From positions 496,001 to 560,000 of the forward strand of contig NW_020844818.1 of assembly GCF_003704095.1 (NCBI RefSeq): a stretch of DNA of 64,000 nt. The letters are read 5' to 3'. Position 1 is the stretch's first letter. Every line of letters starts with the position of its first letter. The notes beneath the pieces were generated by a model. The model ran no database searches. It was not told the origin of the DNA and saw nothing but the letters and a program-made list of their open reading frames with translations. The position numbers were made by a program, and so were the translations under genes. Positions 13,129-26,009 of this stretch are shown piece after piece. Source of the DNA: Pocillopora damicornis. Lineage: Eukaryota.

Positions 13129-16100
13129 ATGAACAGGTTTTCCTTGGGGTTTGTTCAGAGCACTTATAAGGTATCCAGAAAAAAATTTACCTGGAAATTG
13201 ACTGGTTAGTTTGAAGCCAATTGAAATCTTATCGATATGGTTAATTTCCTTAAAGATAATCTTCAATGCAAAAATTACACTCCTCCCATCACACACCCTT
13301 ACCAATCAAACATGTAGAAGAGGGTGGATGGAGCCATCCCTGATTGACATGAGTTGACCCTATGTTAACACATGAAGGATTTGATGCACTACACAAGATA
13401 AGATGCATGTTACAGGTTGTGACATGGCATGGGGTATGGTCAGGAGGTAGCCAATTTGGATTGTTTCAGGTTTAAATGAATTGCACTTTCTCTGTGATAA
13501 CTGCATAAAGAAGTTCTAAGGCAAAATAAAGTTTTAGTACATTCATTAAGCTTAAAGAACCCACAATTAGAATATTTAATAAGGTGAGGATAACTTAATG
13601 TTCAGTAGTGAACTGTCAGGGAAATTTGGAAAATACTGCGGAGATAACTTGTGATGAGTGTAAGCCTAAGCATACAGTTGAATGAGCAAAAAATATGCCA
13701 TGGAAAGTAACCCTGCCAAACCATGTGGCCCCATGAGGTAAAGCGTACATTATCATGCAGTGAAATTTATTGTTTCTTAATCTAACCAGGAGGCCAAGTG
13801 ATACAAAGATACTCTAAGTCAACCACATCATTTTCCTCCACCCATGAATACATTATCATTGGTGCGGGATCAGCTGGGTGTGTTCTGGCCAATCGGCTGT
13901 CAGCTAATCCAGATTTAAGGGTACTCCTCCTTGAAGCTGGACCATCAGATAACACATGGAAAATACAGATGCCAGCAGCCATGTCATATAACTTAGAATA
14001 TGACAGTCACAACTGGTTCTATACATCAGAGCCTCAGCAATATTTAAAAAATAGGTGTTAAAACAAATTTAATTTTCTTTTCATTTTCACACCATTGCTA
14101 ATCATAACAGTAATTCACTTGGTGATTCTGCAGTCCAACCAAGATCTGTTAACCCTTTAACTCCCAAGATCGGATAGTTCCTTCTCCCTCTAGCTGCTTG
14201 ACATTTCCTTCCAAAAAAGTTACGAGAATTTAATGTTAGATCAAGATGACAACCTATACCTGATAAGTTTGAGTATTCCTATTACCTGTTTGCTGGATAG
14301 TGTATGGATATTGTAGTGAGAAGTTACATTTTAATCACTTCTGGAAGTTAAAAGGGTCAAGGAAGTAGGATGGTAGGAGCCTGGGGAAAAATGGGGAATA
14401 TCATGGGAAAGATGGATGGGGGGGTGCAGTATTGAAATTGGACTTAAAGTGGGTTAACCAGCTCTTGACCCTCATGTAGATTTGGTTAATAAGCCACAAG
14501 TGTTTATGTTTCTAGTCTGAAATTATTTTTGGTTTTCAGATTTTCTCTTTGTCTCATGCCCAAAGCAAATGAATTTAACATATATTGTTGTCATACAGAA
14601 GAGCCTACAAACTTCAGTCTCTCTTTCTCCTTCCCTGCTCATTGGTTTATCATGTTTTGGATACCCAGATCTCAGCTGAATTGAAAATCTTGATTGAAAT
14701 CTCCCAATAGTCCAGTTTGCAGTTGTGTGCTTGGTCACCAAGCCTTTGAACAAGAGTGAGGCTAAGGGTGACCTTGTTACAATACAAATGGTGCTGCTTT
14801 TTAAAAGTAAATTTTTTTGTTATCGTGCTAGCTAGATACTGGTCTCTGTCACAACAAGGTCACCTTCAGCCTTGCTCCAAATCAAAGGCTTGGCAACTAA
14901 GTAAATAACTATAAAATGGCCTATTGGCTGTCAGAGGACTGGGCAAGTGATGAGTAGAGCAGTTGAACAGTGCGTTAATTTATGGGTTTGATTCTCACTG
15001 GAGGCTTTTTAGCTTTAACTCACACTCACCAGAGATTTATCAATCTATCAAAAAATAATTTTTAGTGAACTCAAATGGCTGCTCTTCATGTATATTGCAG
15101 GACTATTTACCATCCAAGAGGTCGTGTACTGGGCGGGTCCTCCTCAATAAATGCAATGATTTTTGCACGCGGACATGCGTTTGATTATGACAGATGGGAT
15201 AGGGAAGGTGCCACAGGATGGTCCTATGCAGACTGTTTGCCTTACTTCAAGAGGTTGGAAAGATACGAACATGGTATGTTTGTGTTTACCACACAAGGAC
15301 TTGATCACCTCTATGTCTTACCCAATAAGTTTTTTGCTTTTAGCAGACACTTTCATGTCAAGCGGTGTTTGTCTTCTCAAATACACTCTTTGACACAAGA
15401 TGAGAGAAAAAAATTAATCTATTTGGATTTTGTTGGTCTAAAGCAAATAAAATTATCTTAAATTATCTCAGTTACCCAGCAAAATGCACTTTTATTCGAT
15501 ACAAAGCACTCCTTTATAAACCATGCACTATCTAAACTAAGGCTGTTAGGTGGAGACAAGCAGTGTAACAGAAAAATGTTTTGCTCAAAAATGCAACACC
15601 AGTGACCACACCGAGGACTCGCACCGAACCTCTCAATCGGTTTTCCGACCCTTCTCCGGCCGCTGTGTCTACCTCATGGACATGACGCGAGTTTCTATGT
15701 TTAGGTGCTAGTCAGTATCGTGGAGGAAGTGGACCAATGCGAGTGTATCGTGGAACACATTCTAATCCTCTACACCACGTCTTCATCGCTGCGGGTGTAG
15801 AGGCCGGTCACCCATTTACAGATGACTTCAACGGTTATCAACAGGAAGGAGTTGGCTCACTGGATCGTACTATACACGAAGGGAAGAGATGGAGTGCCGC
15901 ATCCGCTTATTTGAAGCCAGCTCTTCCTCGGAATAACTTAACGACCGAGACCAGAGCACTGGCAAACAGAGTGTTGTTTGAAAACGGTAAAGCTATCGGA
16001 GTAGAATATCGGGTTGGGGATTCAGTGAAACGAGCACGCGCCTCTAAAGAAGTCATCCTTTCTGGTGGAGTAGTTAATTCTCCACAGTTACTTATGCTGT

Positions 16101-16322
16101 CTGGGATTGGGGATGAAACAGAGCTGAAGTTGCTGGGAATACCTATGGTGGCAAAGTTACCAGGAGTGGGAAAAAATCTGCAAGATCACGTCCAAGTGTA
16201 TGTCCAATATGTAAGTAATTAGCACCAGATAACCTACATGATGTAGAGATCTTGAATGTATTTTAGGAATGTAGAGCATTGCACCATTCACTGGGAATTT
16301 CAGGCCTTAAGTCGTTCAAAGT

Positions 16323-16367
<45 letters not shown>

Positions 16368-18404
16368 ATAACAGGGTAATTTAGTGTTATCAACTGAGCT
16401 GACTGAGTTGACTGAGTTAGCCCTTCATCAGAGCGATCGCTCTGACGAAGGGCTAACGCTCGAAAAGTCAGCTTTTAAACTTCTTTACAGTGGCCAATTA
16501 ACGTTATCAACTTAGTTGATGATACCAAATTACCCTACTTAAGTTGTCACCCTGTTCACAGTGGCTTATGATCATCATCATCATCCTCATCGTTATTATT
16601 GTTATCATAATTATTATTGGTATCCCTGTTACATTTTATTACTAAAATCTAACTCGATTGGAAATAATTTTTATGACTACGAACACAACAGGAAAGCCTC
16701 AAGCCAGTGACGTTGAACAGTACGTTTAAACTGCACAACATGATACGAGCTGGCCTACAGTGGTTTTTATTCAAGAATGGAGTGTGTGCCTCTAACCATT
16801 TTGAGAGCGGTGGGTTCGTTAAAAGTGATCCCAGCGTGTCACACCCCGATATACAGATGCAGTTTGTTCCTACTGCGATGAAAGAGGCGGGCAGTTCTGA
16901 GATTATTCAACATGGATACCAGGTAAAACTGTCGACAGTCCTGCTTTGAAAACGAAAGAGTTGGCAACCAAAGGAAAAACGAATGGATATAGGGAAAGGG
17001 AAGACGCAAGTTTCGCAGCTTGTTATTTTTTGTTGCCGAGTTCGCATCAATTTCTCACCAGAGACTTCTGAGAACAGGCTTATAGGATAATTACCTTCCT
17101 GATGGATTCTCTTTCAGGTTTGTGCTGAGATTCTTAGACCCAGCAGCCGGGGCTTCGTGAAACTGCGATCACGTGACCCACTTTCCCATCCTGTCATTCA
17201 ACCAAACTATCTGTCACGTGACAGTGATCGTCGCCTAATGAGGACCTGTGTGCGAATTGCACGTGATGTACTCAACCAGAAGGCCTTTGAACCTTATAGA
17301 GGAAAACCGATAAAACCAGGTTTGTATAGGTAACAGTACGATTTAGAGTGCAATTTAAAGTGCATAAGCACGAAAAAAATTTTCAGATACCAAAATTTGT
17401 AGTCTTGAAAAATAAATTTCATGAAAAACGCATCACAGAAAGTCAAAACGTAAGAAATTTTGGCAGCGCGCTATTTATAATTTTCACTCGTTTACAACTT
17501 TGCACTCGTGTCACATGAAAAATGCATCGTTTTCAGCCAATCAGACGCGCGTAATTTTTTCATGTATTTTATTAGATGATTTATATGTATCTTGTTGCAC
17601 TTGGCGTTGAATTATTTCTTAACCCTTTAAACCACGAGAGTGACCTGAATGTAATTTCTCCTTCCAATAATAATGCTGAAGCAAACGTCAAGACCATGTG
17701 AGTAAAGGAAATGATCACCAACTCAAGAAAATTTAATTGTTAAACAAGTTATTAAACCTTTTTGTCAATACGAAAGGAAATTTATAGAGAGGAGTATGGA
17801 GAAGAGTGGTTACTGATGTTTGAGTGTAAAGGGTGTAAGGACCGGCAGTCATTTTTTATCTTGTGGGGGAGGGGATCGGAGAATTTTAGGGAGAACATAT
17901 GGTTTTCATGGAGAACAGAGCGGGGGGTGGGGTTAGTAGTCGCTAACAGAGTATAAGGGCGAACTAAAGCCATGTTACCAAGCAAAATAAGGACATCTTG
18001 ATAATCTTTATGACCTACCCTTGAATCCGTTACACCCTAGTTATTTTACTGGACCCTGGAATTCTAGAAAGATAAATTTTAAACTTGATTTTTTCCTCTC
18101 AGCTAAGACTTGTGAAACCGAGGACGAAATAGACGCTTTCGTTCAAGGATACGCTAAGACTGATTACCATCTCTGTGGAACGAACAAGATGGGAGCCGAA
18201 GATGACCCGATGGCTGTTGTCGACGCGCAAACTCGTGTCTTCGGAGTCGACAATCTCCGGATCGTGGATGCGTCTGTATTCCCCAGTATAGTTAGCGGTA
18301 ATCTTAATGCTTCTACGCTCATGATGGCGGAAAAAGCCGCAGATTCTATTTTGGGGAAGTCGCCATTGCCTAAGGAACACGTTCCAGTATATGGCACATC
18401 ATGA
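13129..18404 (+). CDS. Choline dehydrogenase-like GMC oxidoreductase, divergent paralogue 3
   Basis: Exons 13129-13204 ([25 protein letters not shown]), 13790-14054, 15101-15273, 15705-16210, 16692-16922, 17118-17319, 18103-18404. Same intron phases as copies 1 and 2. Motifs [40 protein letters not shown]. Confidence 0.9.
14149..14360. mobile_element. TTAA-flanked MITE, second subfamily
   Basis: ttaaccctttaactcccaagat...gaagttaaaagggtcaa; closely similar to 31734-31945 and 51270-51471. Confidence 0.75.
14706..14925. mobile_element. Inverted-repeat MITE
   Basis: aatagtccagttt...cttggtcaccaagcctttga...gaggctaagggtgaccttgtt is mirrored by aacaaggtcaccttcagcct...tcaaaggcttggcaactaag...aaatggcctatt. 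Confidence 0.7.
16322..16536. mobile_element. Penelope-like inverted terminal remnant containing a hammerhead-like core
   Basis: gggtaatt...gttatcaactgag and cccttcatcagagcga|tcgctctgacgaagggctaacgctcgaaaagtcagc...gttgatgataccaaattaccc. Related copies at ~24510-24745, ~32398-32550 and ~50015-50108. Confidence 0.6.
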
Positions 18405-20645
18405 CCTTTAGCTGTTGTTACAGAACTCTGAGTAGAGATCGATGATTTATAAACGTGAACCAGTCTTGTTTCTTCGAGAAAAGCCATATCTCCCCACATG
18501 TCGAACGCTATAACCAGTTCTGATCTTTTCATTTCGTGCAGACACTTTAATACCTTTTAATTCATTTTCTTTTGTGCGAGTCGTGATTATGCAAAGATGT
18601 GTCATTCATTGATTACCGTCTTCTGAGCTCCAAGATGCCCGGAGGCTTTGTCTAAAAACGAGGCCGAGTGCCAAACAGATTTCAGTTATCATGCAATAAA
18701 AACTCTTTTCCACAAGGAAATTTCTGCATGTGACCTCGTTTTGAAATTGAAGCTGTCTAAAACTCGGAGACATGTCTCTCTTACCCCGCGCCTATATCAC
18801 AATTTGACATAATCTACCAGAGATTTCTTCCCCGATAGCAAAATTGTTCGGCAGCTTTGGTAGTCTCAAATCCGATTTCCAGTGAATTTCAACCCATAAA
18901 CTTAACGAAGTCTGTATTATTCAAGTTATAATCCAGGAAACCGGACTTTATTTCTTTTACTCATATTCTTTCTTTTTTTGACATTGAACTGTCCATTTCG
19001 TGGCAATTCAGACGAGGATTCCATGCAGGCACGATATCGTCATTGAATCTTTGTCTTAAATATCTTACAATTATTGAGAAATTATACCAAGCTAACTTTC
19101 TAAAAATACACTTATTCTAAGAATTTGAACATTTTTTCCCTTAAATGTTCAAAAAATGGTGACGATGATAATCATTGAGAATAATTGTTATGATTACGAT
19201 GAGATTGACTCCGACGTCTTTCAAGTTCGAACGTTCACTTACGTGTGGTGAGTTACATCGACCCTTATCCAATAATCTTCAATTTTTTTCATGTTGTCCA
19301 CCGATTACATTCCTCTAATGGTATTTCTTCTGTACAATGAATGATCTTCATATGTCATTTGCTTATGCGCTTGACAACATGGAAATAGCTTGAGGACAAT
19401 CCCTTTGAATCGAAATCACACATTGCCTTATTGGGCTTTATTTTAGGAATTTTCTATTACTCCGGGAAGTGTTGAGTGGCATTAATGCTCGACCTTTTTT
19501 TTTTTGCCTCTCGGACATACCGTCGTAGGCTACAATTAATAGCCGTAATACGTTTCGGAAACGTTTGGCGTTTGAAAGAGTTTCGCTTGCGGGGATCACA
19601 TTTTCCACTTCTCAACGAGGATTAACTGGGTAGTGGAGGTTGAACTGTTATCTTCATAACAATCTGGTTAAAGCTGTTAATTTTCATCCGCCGATGATAT
19701 ACCAAAAACAGGCCTGCCTCTGGGCAATTAATCAAATCAGCCATCTGTTTTATCCCCTGGGCTAAACACATTCGTGCCATAAAAAATCTCAATGATCTAA
19801 CCCTCTCTGAAAAGCACTTAGGACATCGACTAGAACTCATTCACCTCTAACAGCAACAATTTCCGAGCATATTATCTTTTCCTATAACACGAAAGCTACT
19901 TAAACTCGATTTTAAGATATACCTAAAAAGTCCTCCTAAACAACTCCCTCTTGTAGATAATCATTTTTTATTTTTATTTTAAGGGTGAACAGTTATCTAA
20001 GTTCTCACACTATGCCTTAAAAAAATTATCACATGTCAAGAAACAATGTGACACCCTGTTAATATCAGCTTTTGAGGGAATACATGGAAAAGTGTGGTCT
20101 TATCAGTCCATCAAAGAATTGGTGTTAAGAAATAAAAGATACCATACAGAGCTACCTTAAACTGTTCTGTTTCTCTTCTTGTGTCATACAATATCAATAT
20201 TATATGGCAAATCCTATCCCTTGGGGAACAATTCTAAAAGATTTTCAAAGTCATCCATGCAGTGCAAAGCACAAGTTAAGCTCATTTGTTGCTCTTGAAT
20301 AGCTATCCAGAACACAGGATTTACTTCACCATCTTCCAGTTGAAACTTTATCATGTGGTAACCCACAGGAAAAGGCAGGGTGACTGCTCAATACATGTTC
20401 ACTACTTCATACAGGTTCCTCAGTATAAAAGACAACTAAAAATGCCATTTTAAGGCATAATTGATGACAAAATGTACAAAATCATGCTCAAAAATACTAT
20501 ATTAGCAATACTTTTGGGAGATAAACATGGATTAAATATACTTGAAAGCTTTTCTTACTTTTATTTGAGTGATTCTTCATTAAGTGACCATTCAGTACTG
20601 GGACTTAGTAAAGGATGGACACAAATGCTTCAGAGAGGCGACCTC

Positions 20646-20856
20646 TTAACCCTTTACACCCTAACATCAGTATGCAAATTCTCCATTCTGTTCTCCGTAC
20701 ATTTCCAAAAAGACTGAAAAGGAGAGTTTGTTTCACAATCAAGAGCTGCTCTAGTTGGTGATCATCTTCTCTATTCTCATCACTTTCATGTTGATTCAGG
20801 GGTGATATTGTGAGGAGAAATTAGATGCTAGTCACTCTAAGGGTTTAAGGGGTTAA
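20646..20856. mobile_element. TTAA-flanked MITE
   Basis: ttaaccctttacaccctaacatcag...cactctaagggtttaaggggttaa. Same family at 17618-17837, 23990-24204, 29628-29834, 55367-55577 and 58808-59010. Confidence 0.78.
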
Positions 20857-21210
20857 TAAAGGTGAAAATTACAGTGTTTTCCAGACTTGGACAACTGACC
20901 ACTTAAAACAGGTTTGGCTGTAACTAGTTCCCCAAATTTAAGTGATTGTACAAACAATCAAAGCACTTGATATCCCTTTGACCCCCTGATCAGTAGAACT
21001 ACACAGAGAATTACATGATACAGCAAATAACTCTGTTTTGTTCATTTTATTTTGTTACAAAACTAGTCTTATAAATCTATAATAAAACCATAGTAGATCA
21101 CCTTTCCCTTGGCAACATCACATTCTTAAACTTATGTTTTACAGTAAAAAGGCATTAATAATTGAAAGGCTCAGAGCAAGAACGACCCCTTGATTTTTTG
21201 GCCATTTTTG

Positions 21211-22944
21211 NNNNNNNNNNNNNNNNNNNNNNNNNNNNNNNNNNNNNNNNNNNNNNNNNNNNNNNNNNNNNNNNNNNNNNNNNNNNNNNNNNNNNNNNNN
21301 NNNNNNNNNNAACCCTTTCACTACTGAAAGCACCCAAGAAAAAATATTGAACTTCAGCTTGCAACATTGAGAAATAGCTTTCATTTGAATGTTCACACTT
21401 TGGTATAATGTTTGGTACTTGNNNNNNNNNNNNNNNNNNNNNNNNNNNNNNNNNNNNNNNNNNNNNNNNNNNNNNNNNNNNNNNNNNNNNNNNNNNNNNN
21501 NNNNNNNNNNNNNNNNNNNNNNNNNNNNNNNNNNNNNNNNNNNNNNNNNNNNNNNNNNNNNNNNNNNNNNNNNNNNNNNNNNNNNNNNNNNNNNNNNNNN
21601 NNNNNNNNNNNNNNNNNNNNNNNNNNNNNNNNNNNNNNNNNNNNNNNNNNNNNNNNNNNNNNNNNNNNNNNNNNNNNNNNNNNNNNNNNNNNNNNNNNNN
21701 NNNNNNNNNNNNNNNNNNNNNNNNNNNNNNNNNNNNNNNNNNNNNNNNNNNNNNNNNNNNNNNNNNNNNNNNNNNNNNNNNNNNNNNNNNNNNNNNNNNN
21801 NNNNNNNNNNNNNNNNNNNNNNNNNNNNNNNNNNNNNNNNNNNNNNNNNNNNNNNNNNNNNNNNNNNNNNNNNNNNNNNNNNNNNNNNNNNNNNNNNNNN
21901 NNNNNNNNNNNNNNNNNNNNNNNNNNNNNNNNNNNNNNNNNNNNNNNNNNNNNNNNNNNNNNNNNNNNNNNNNNNNNNNNNNNNNNNNNNNNNNNNNNNN
22001 NNNNNNNNNNNNNNNNNNNNNNNNNNNNNNNNNNNNNGCAAAAAACCTTGAATTTCGTAGCGGCTTTCATTGAATGAAGCCGAAACAAAAGGAGCCTTTT
22101 GTTTCATCAAAACAATACAGCCCCCGAGAACTCGCATATTCATAACCAGCTTAAAGAAAGAGCATGTTTTTTGTTTTGAGTTTAAAACACCATTTAGCAA
22201 ACGTAAAATATCCTGGAACAAACTCGCGCTACAGCAGAATTGAAGACAAAACCAAAGATACGTTGACATAGCCAAAAGTTTATACGAAAACGCTCCTGTC
22301 GAACGCTTACGCGAAGGAGTGCCGCAGTTTTATTTGACGATAAAATTTAAGTCGTGTAATCGAATGTTCTCGTAGCAAAGTCGGTTAGGCATTGGACTCG
22401 CAGTGAGACGGTCAGTACGGCTCTTTTTTAACAGATGTCTTTTTTTTCGCTCACCCTTTTTTTTTTCCTTCTCTTTTTCAACTCGGGAAGAGGCAAAGCC
22501 ATTTTTGAGAGTTTGATATGTTGACATCGCCAAAAGTTTATACGAAAACGTTCCTTTCGAACGCTAACGTGAAGGACTGCCGCAGCTTTATTTGACGATA
22601 AAATGTAAACCGTATTAACGAATGTTCACGTAGCACAGTCGGTTGACATTGGACTCGCCGTCAGCCGATTTCTTCGCTCACCCTTTTTTATTAGGTTATT
22701 CACTATCAATTTTTAGTGGGGCTGGGGTGGATGCAACAGATATTTTTGGAAATTTTGAAACGCGAATTAATGCTATGCTGCCGATTTTTGATATTTCAAA
22801 GTTTGCCCATGCCTGTCAACGTTGCCATGGCAACCGCAACCACANNNNNNNNNNNNNNNNNNNNNNNNNNNNNNNNNNNNNNNNNNNNNNNNNNNNNNNN
22901 NNNNNNNNNNNNNNNNNNNNNNNNNNNNNNNNNNNNNNNNNNNN
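21211..22944. other. Assembly gaps (N runs 21211-21310, 21422-22037, 22845-22944)
   Basis: Runs of N; ORFs crossing them are artefacts. Confidence 0.99.
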
Positions 22945-23222
22945 TGTCGAACGCTAACGTGAAGGACTGCCGCAGTTTTATTTAACGATAAAAGTTGAAT
23001 TTTGTTATTGAATGTTCATGTAGCAAAGTCGGTTAGGCACTGGACTCGCAGTCAGGCGGTCGGCAAGGTTTTTTGAAGAAATGTCTTTTTTTTCCTTCTC
23101 TTTTTCAACTCGGGAAAAGGCAAAGCCATTTTGAGAGTTAGATACGTTGACATCGCCAAAAGTTTATACGAAAACGCCCCTGTCGAACGCTAACGTGAAG
23201 GACCGCAGTTTTATTTCACGAT
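22257..23222. repeat. ~258-bp tandem repeat (satellite or TE subterminal array), partly collapsed in gaps
   Basis: gataYgttgacatMgccaaaagtttatacgaaaacg...cgaacgctWacgYgaagga recurs at ~22257, ~22515, ~22945 (partial) and ~23141. Confidence 0.85.
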
Positions 23223-23355
23223 AACCCCCTATGAAAGGGTCTACAATGCTTGTATCAAAATATAGTTGACAAGTGTTTGATCATTTATCCACATAAAAAT
23301 ACATTGTGCAAAGTAACTTAGTTACATGTCACTGAATGTGACCAAAATTAGGGGT

Positions 23356-26009
23356 TTACTTTCCAGTCAAGTGGAGTGCGCCAGCCCCAGCCCCATAGCC
23401 ATATCCTTTGGGTCCGAATAGTTTGCCATAGCAGCCTCTACAGTACACTTGATCTGGAAAACAAATAGGAACTTTGTTTGAATTTATCCTTTTCCGTGAG
23501 GCCTGGTATTGGAAGACAAAAACCAGGCATCTCATTAATGGAAGACAACTACATGCATATCATTACTGCATGGTGCTGAGCCATGACCACTACAGTAAAT
23601 TTAGTGGATGTTCAGTTTTAAATAATGAAATAAAGGCAAAAAAAAACCCCTCAGTGCTGAATAGCATTTTTAAAAAATTAACAGATCAAACAAACAGTAT
23701 GAATAACAACATACCATCATGCTCATTGAATGAGCCACTGTCTAAGGACTTGTTGCAAGTGGGCTTATTGTTACAAGTGAAGCATCGTTTGTGATACTTG
23801 TTTTTTCCAGCTATAACTTGCTCCGCTGCATAGACACGGTCATTACAACGAGGACACCGTCCTACATGTACATGATAAAATAAATGAAATTGTTGAGTTT
23901 GTGTTTAATCGCAAAATATCTTAAATATAATATCTCCATAACAAGCACAATGTGCTTGCAATGTGAGAGTGAATTGTGAGACACAGTGGTTTAACCCTTT
24001 AAACCCTAAGAGAGACTAGCATCTAATTTCTCCCTACAATATCACTCCTGAATCATACACTCAGGACATGAGAATAAAGGAAATGGTCACCAGGGAAGGA
24101 ACCCTTTGATTGGCAAACAAATCCTCCTTGTCAGTGCCTTAGAAAACGTATAGAGAACAGTGTGGAGAATATGCACACTGATGTTAGGGTGTAAAAAGGG
24201 TCAACATTTACTGTGCTGGTCTGCAGATCGAGGGGTCTGAGTTCAAAACCTGGCTTAGTCATATCTTCCATTTTTTGACAAGAAACTTCATTTTCTCAGT
24301 GCCTCTCTCTCCCCAGGAATTTAAAGAGGTAACGGCAAGCTGTCATAGAATCATAGTGCAAAGCTGGGGAAGTGGCAAGGGAGTGGGTAAACTGCACTGC
24401 ACTACCACCCCATCCTGGGGTCGTAGAAATACTCCTTGTCTCTTCATGGTGGGGAAACAAGGAAATGTCAAACAGGGTAGGCCAACTGGTTCCAAAGAAT
24501 AATAGAGGCAAGTTACCAAGGAAACTGTTGTGCTGCATTGGTTGGTGAGTGTAACAAAATAATTTGGTGTTATCAACAGATTTGATAATGTACATTGGCC
24601 ACTGCAAAGAGCTTCAAAGCTGATGTTTCAAATGCAAGCCCCTTGTCATGGCTCTTATTTAGGGCTAACGCTCAATATGTCAGCTTTGAAACTCCTTACC
24701 ATGACCAATTTACATCATCAACTCAGTTGACAAACCCAAATTCCTTAGTTCAAGTGTTGACTTTACCTTAAAAGGCTGCAATACAACCTCAATTATTAAA
24801 AAAAAAATTTCAAGGCAGAAATGCAATACTCTTGTTCACTTCATGCTGCAGAAAGCCAGGATAAGCTCTTACAGCTATAGAAGTTGTCTTACAAGCGGAA
24901 TATTTTGAAAACAACTGATTGAGTAAACAAAATGATGAGTTCTGGATGACAATGTGCATGGATAACCCAATGCCTATTAAATTAGAGATGTTTGTTTCAC
25001 ATCTGGCAAGTTTGAATTACAAAAGAATCTGACTTAAACAAGGTAGTTAAAAAAAAAATTTTACCATCATTCTGAGTCTACAAAATACATCACCATACTT
25101 TCTGGTGCCAAAAAATTTGCCTAATAGCTTAAAAATATTTTTTGTTTCTTCGTCTCATCAAAAGCTTGGAATAAAGAAAAGTAAGAGTCCTCAGATATCA
25201 TAGAAAATGCTGACTGATGAAACAGCAGGACAGACAAGACACTGCTACTTCATTGTAGAGAGAAGGCATTTAAAGAATGCAATGAGGGATTCTAGACTGT
25301 TCTGTGAAGCCACGCGAAACAAAAGAGTTCAGACAAGTATAACTATAGAGCATGCATCCTTAATTTTACATGTTCTGGTGGGTGATCAAGAATTCTTTTA
25401 GAAGAAAATGGCTACCCGGGATATACAAATAAACAACAATTACGGAGCTGTACAACTACGCATCGGTTTATGTCCATAAATAAACCATAACTTAAACAGT
25501 TTTTTAGCTTCTTCGACTTCACATTCGTCTACTCGCAACTTGGTCACGAAATCGCTCCAAACTACAGTGGTTTTGTTACAGTTACCACTAAAGTGTTTTC
25601 CACTTACTGTTGATAGCTCTTGGCGATTCTCTGGTATTAAATTTACAGAAATATGAGTTTTCTTCGGCTTATCGGAGAAAGGAAAAGGAGCTGTCAGCGT
25701 GAGACATCAGTTTCTAATTGCAACTCAGTTGTGTGTTATTTATGATGACCTCGAAAGATTAACAATCGTGTGCCAAAACAATTGTCCCTTTGCTTAGACT
25801 AAATTGCTTTGTGCATGAATCTGAAATTTGATTTCGCTCCTTCGAAGAGAAATCGCACACCGAATTCGTCAAGAAGAGATTAAAGTGAAAAAATGGAAGG
25901 ACGGGCGACGGTTAGTTGCACCTAATCGCAAAATGTACATAGTTATCTAACAAAGCTTCGCTCTTGAGTTAAATTTCAGAAGAAAAAATTAATTTCACTT
26001 ACCAGACAT
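23356..26009 (-). CDS. Single-LIM cysteine/glycine-rich protein (CRIP/CSRP/muscle LIM family), 83 aa
   Basis: Exons 26009-26003 (ATGTCTG|gtaagt), 23861-23715, 23453-23356 give MSGRCPRCNDRVYAAEQVIAGKNKYHKRCFTCNNKPTCNKSLDSGSFNEHDDQVYCRGCYGKLFGPKGYGYGAGAGALHLTGK. LIM ligands plus a GPKGYG glycine-rich tail. Not in the ORF track. Confidence 0.9.
23975..24500 (+). mobile_element. tRNA-derived SINE interrupted by a TTAA MITE
   Basis: gagacacagtggtttaa [MITE 23990-24204] ...gtgctggtctgcagatcgaggggtctgagttcaaaacctggc (B-box-like), followed by a body typical of Deu/Nin-type SINEs (ctctctccccagga, ccatcctgggg...aatactccttgtc). Confidence 0.55.

Noticed and set aside
1213-18404. Bacterial betA horizontal transfer or contamination
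   Set aside because: All three genes have shared spliceosomal introns and mitochondrial-type presequences, consistent with animal CHDH duplicates.
19500-21200. Possible non-coding or snoRNA-host transcript
   Set aside because: Only weak promoter-like CpG enrichment and imperfect C/D-like boxes; not supportable from sequence alone.
21139-22985. Long ORFs of 220-378 aa in the ORF track
   Set aside because: They are open only because they run through N gaps.
24766-25077. Possible microexons in LIM intron 1 (cag|CCTTTTAAG|gtaaag; tag|ACTCAGAATGATG|gtaaaa) spelling MMPFK
   Set aside because: They end in phase 0 while the LIM exon needs phase 1, and joined to the ATG exon they give immediate stops. 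At most poison exons; no support without RNA data.
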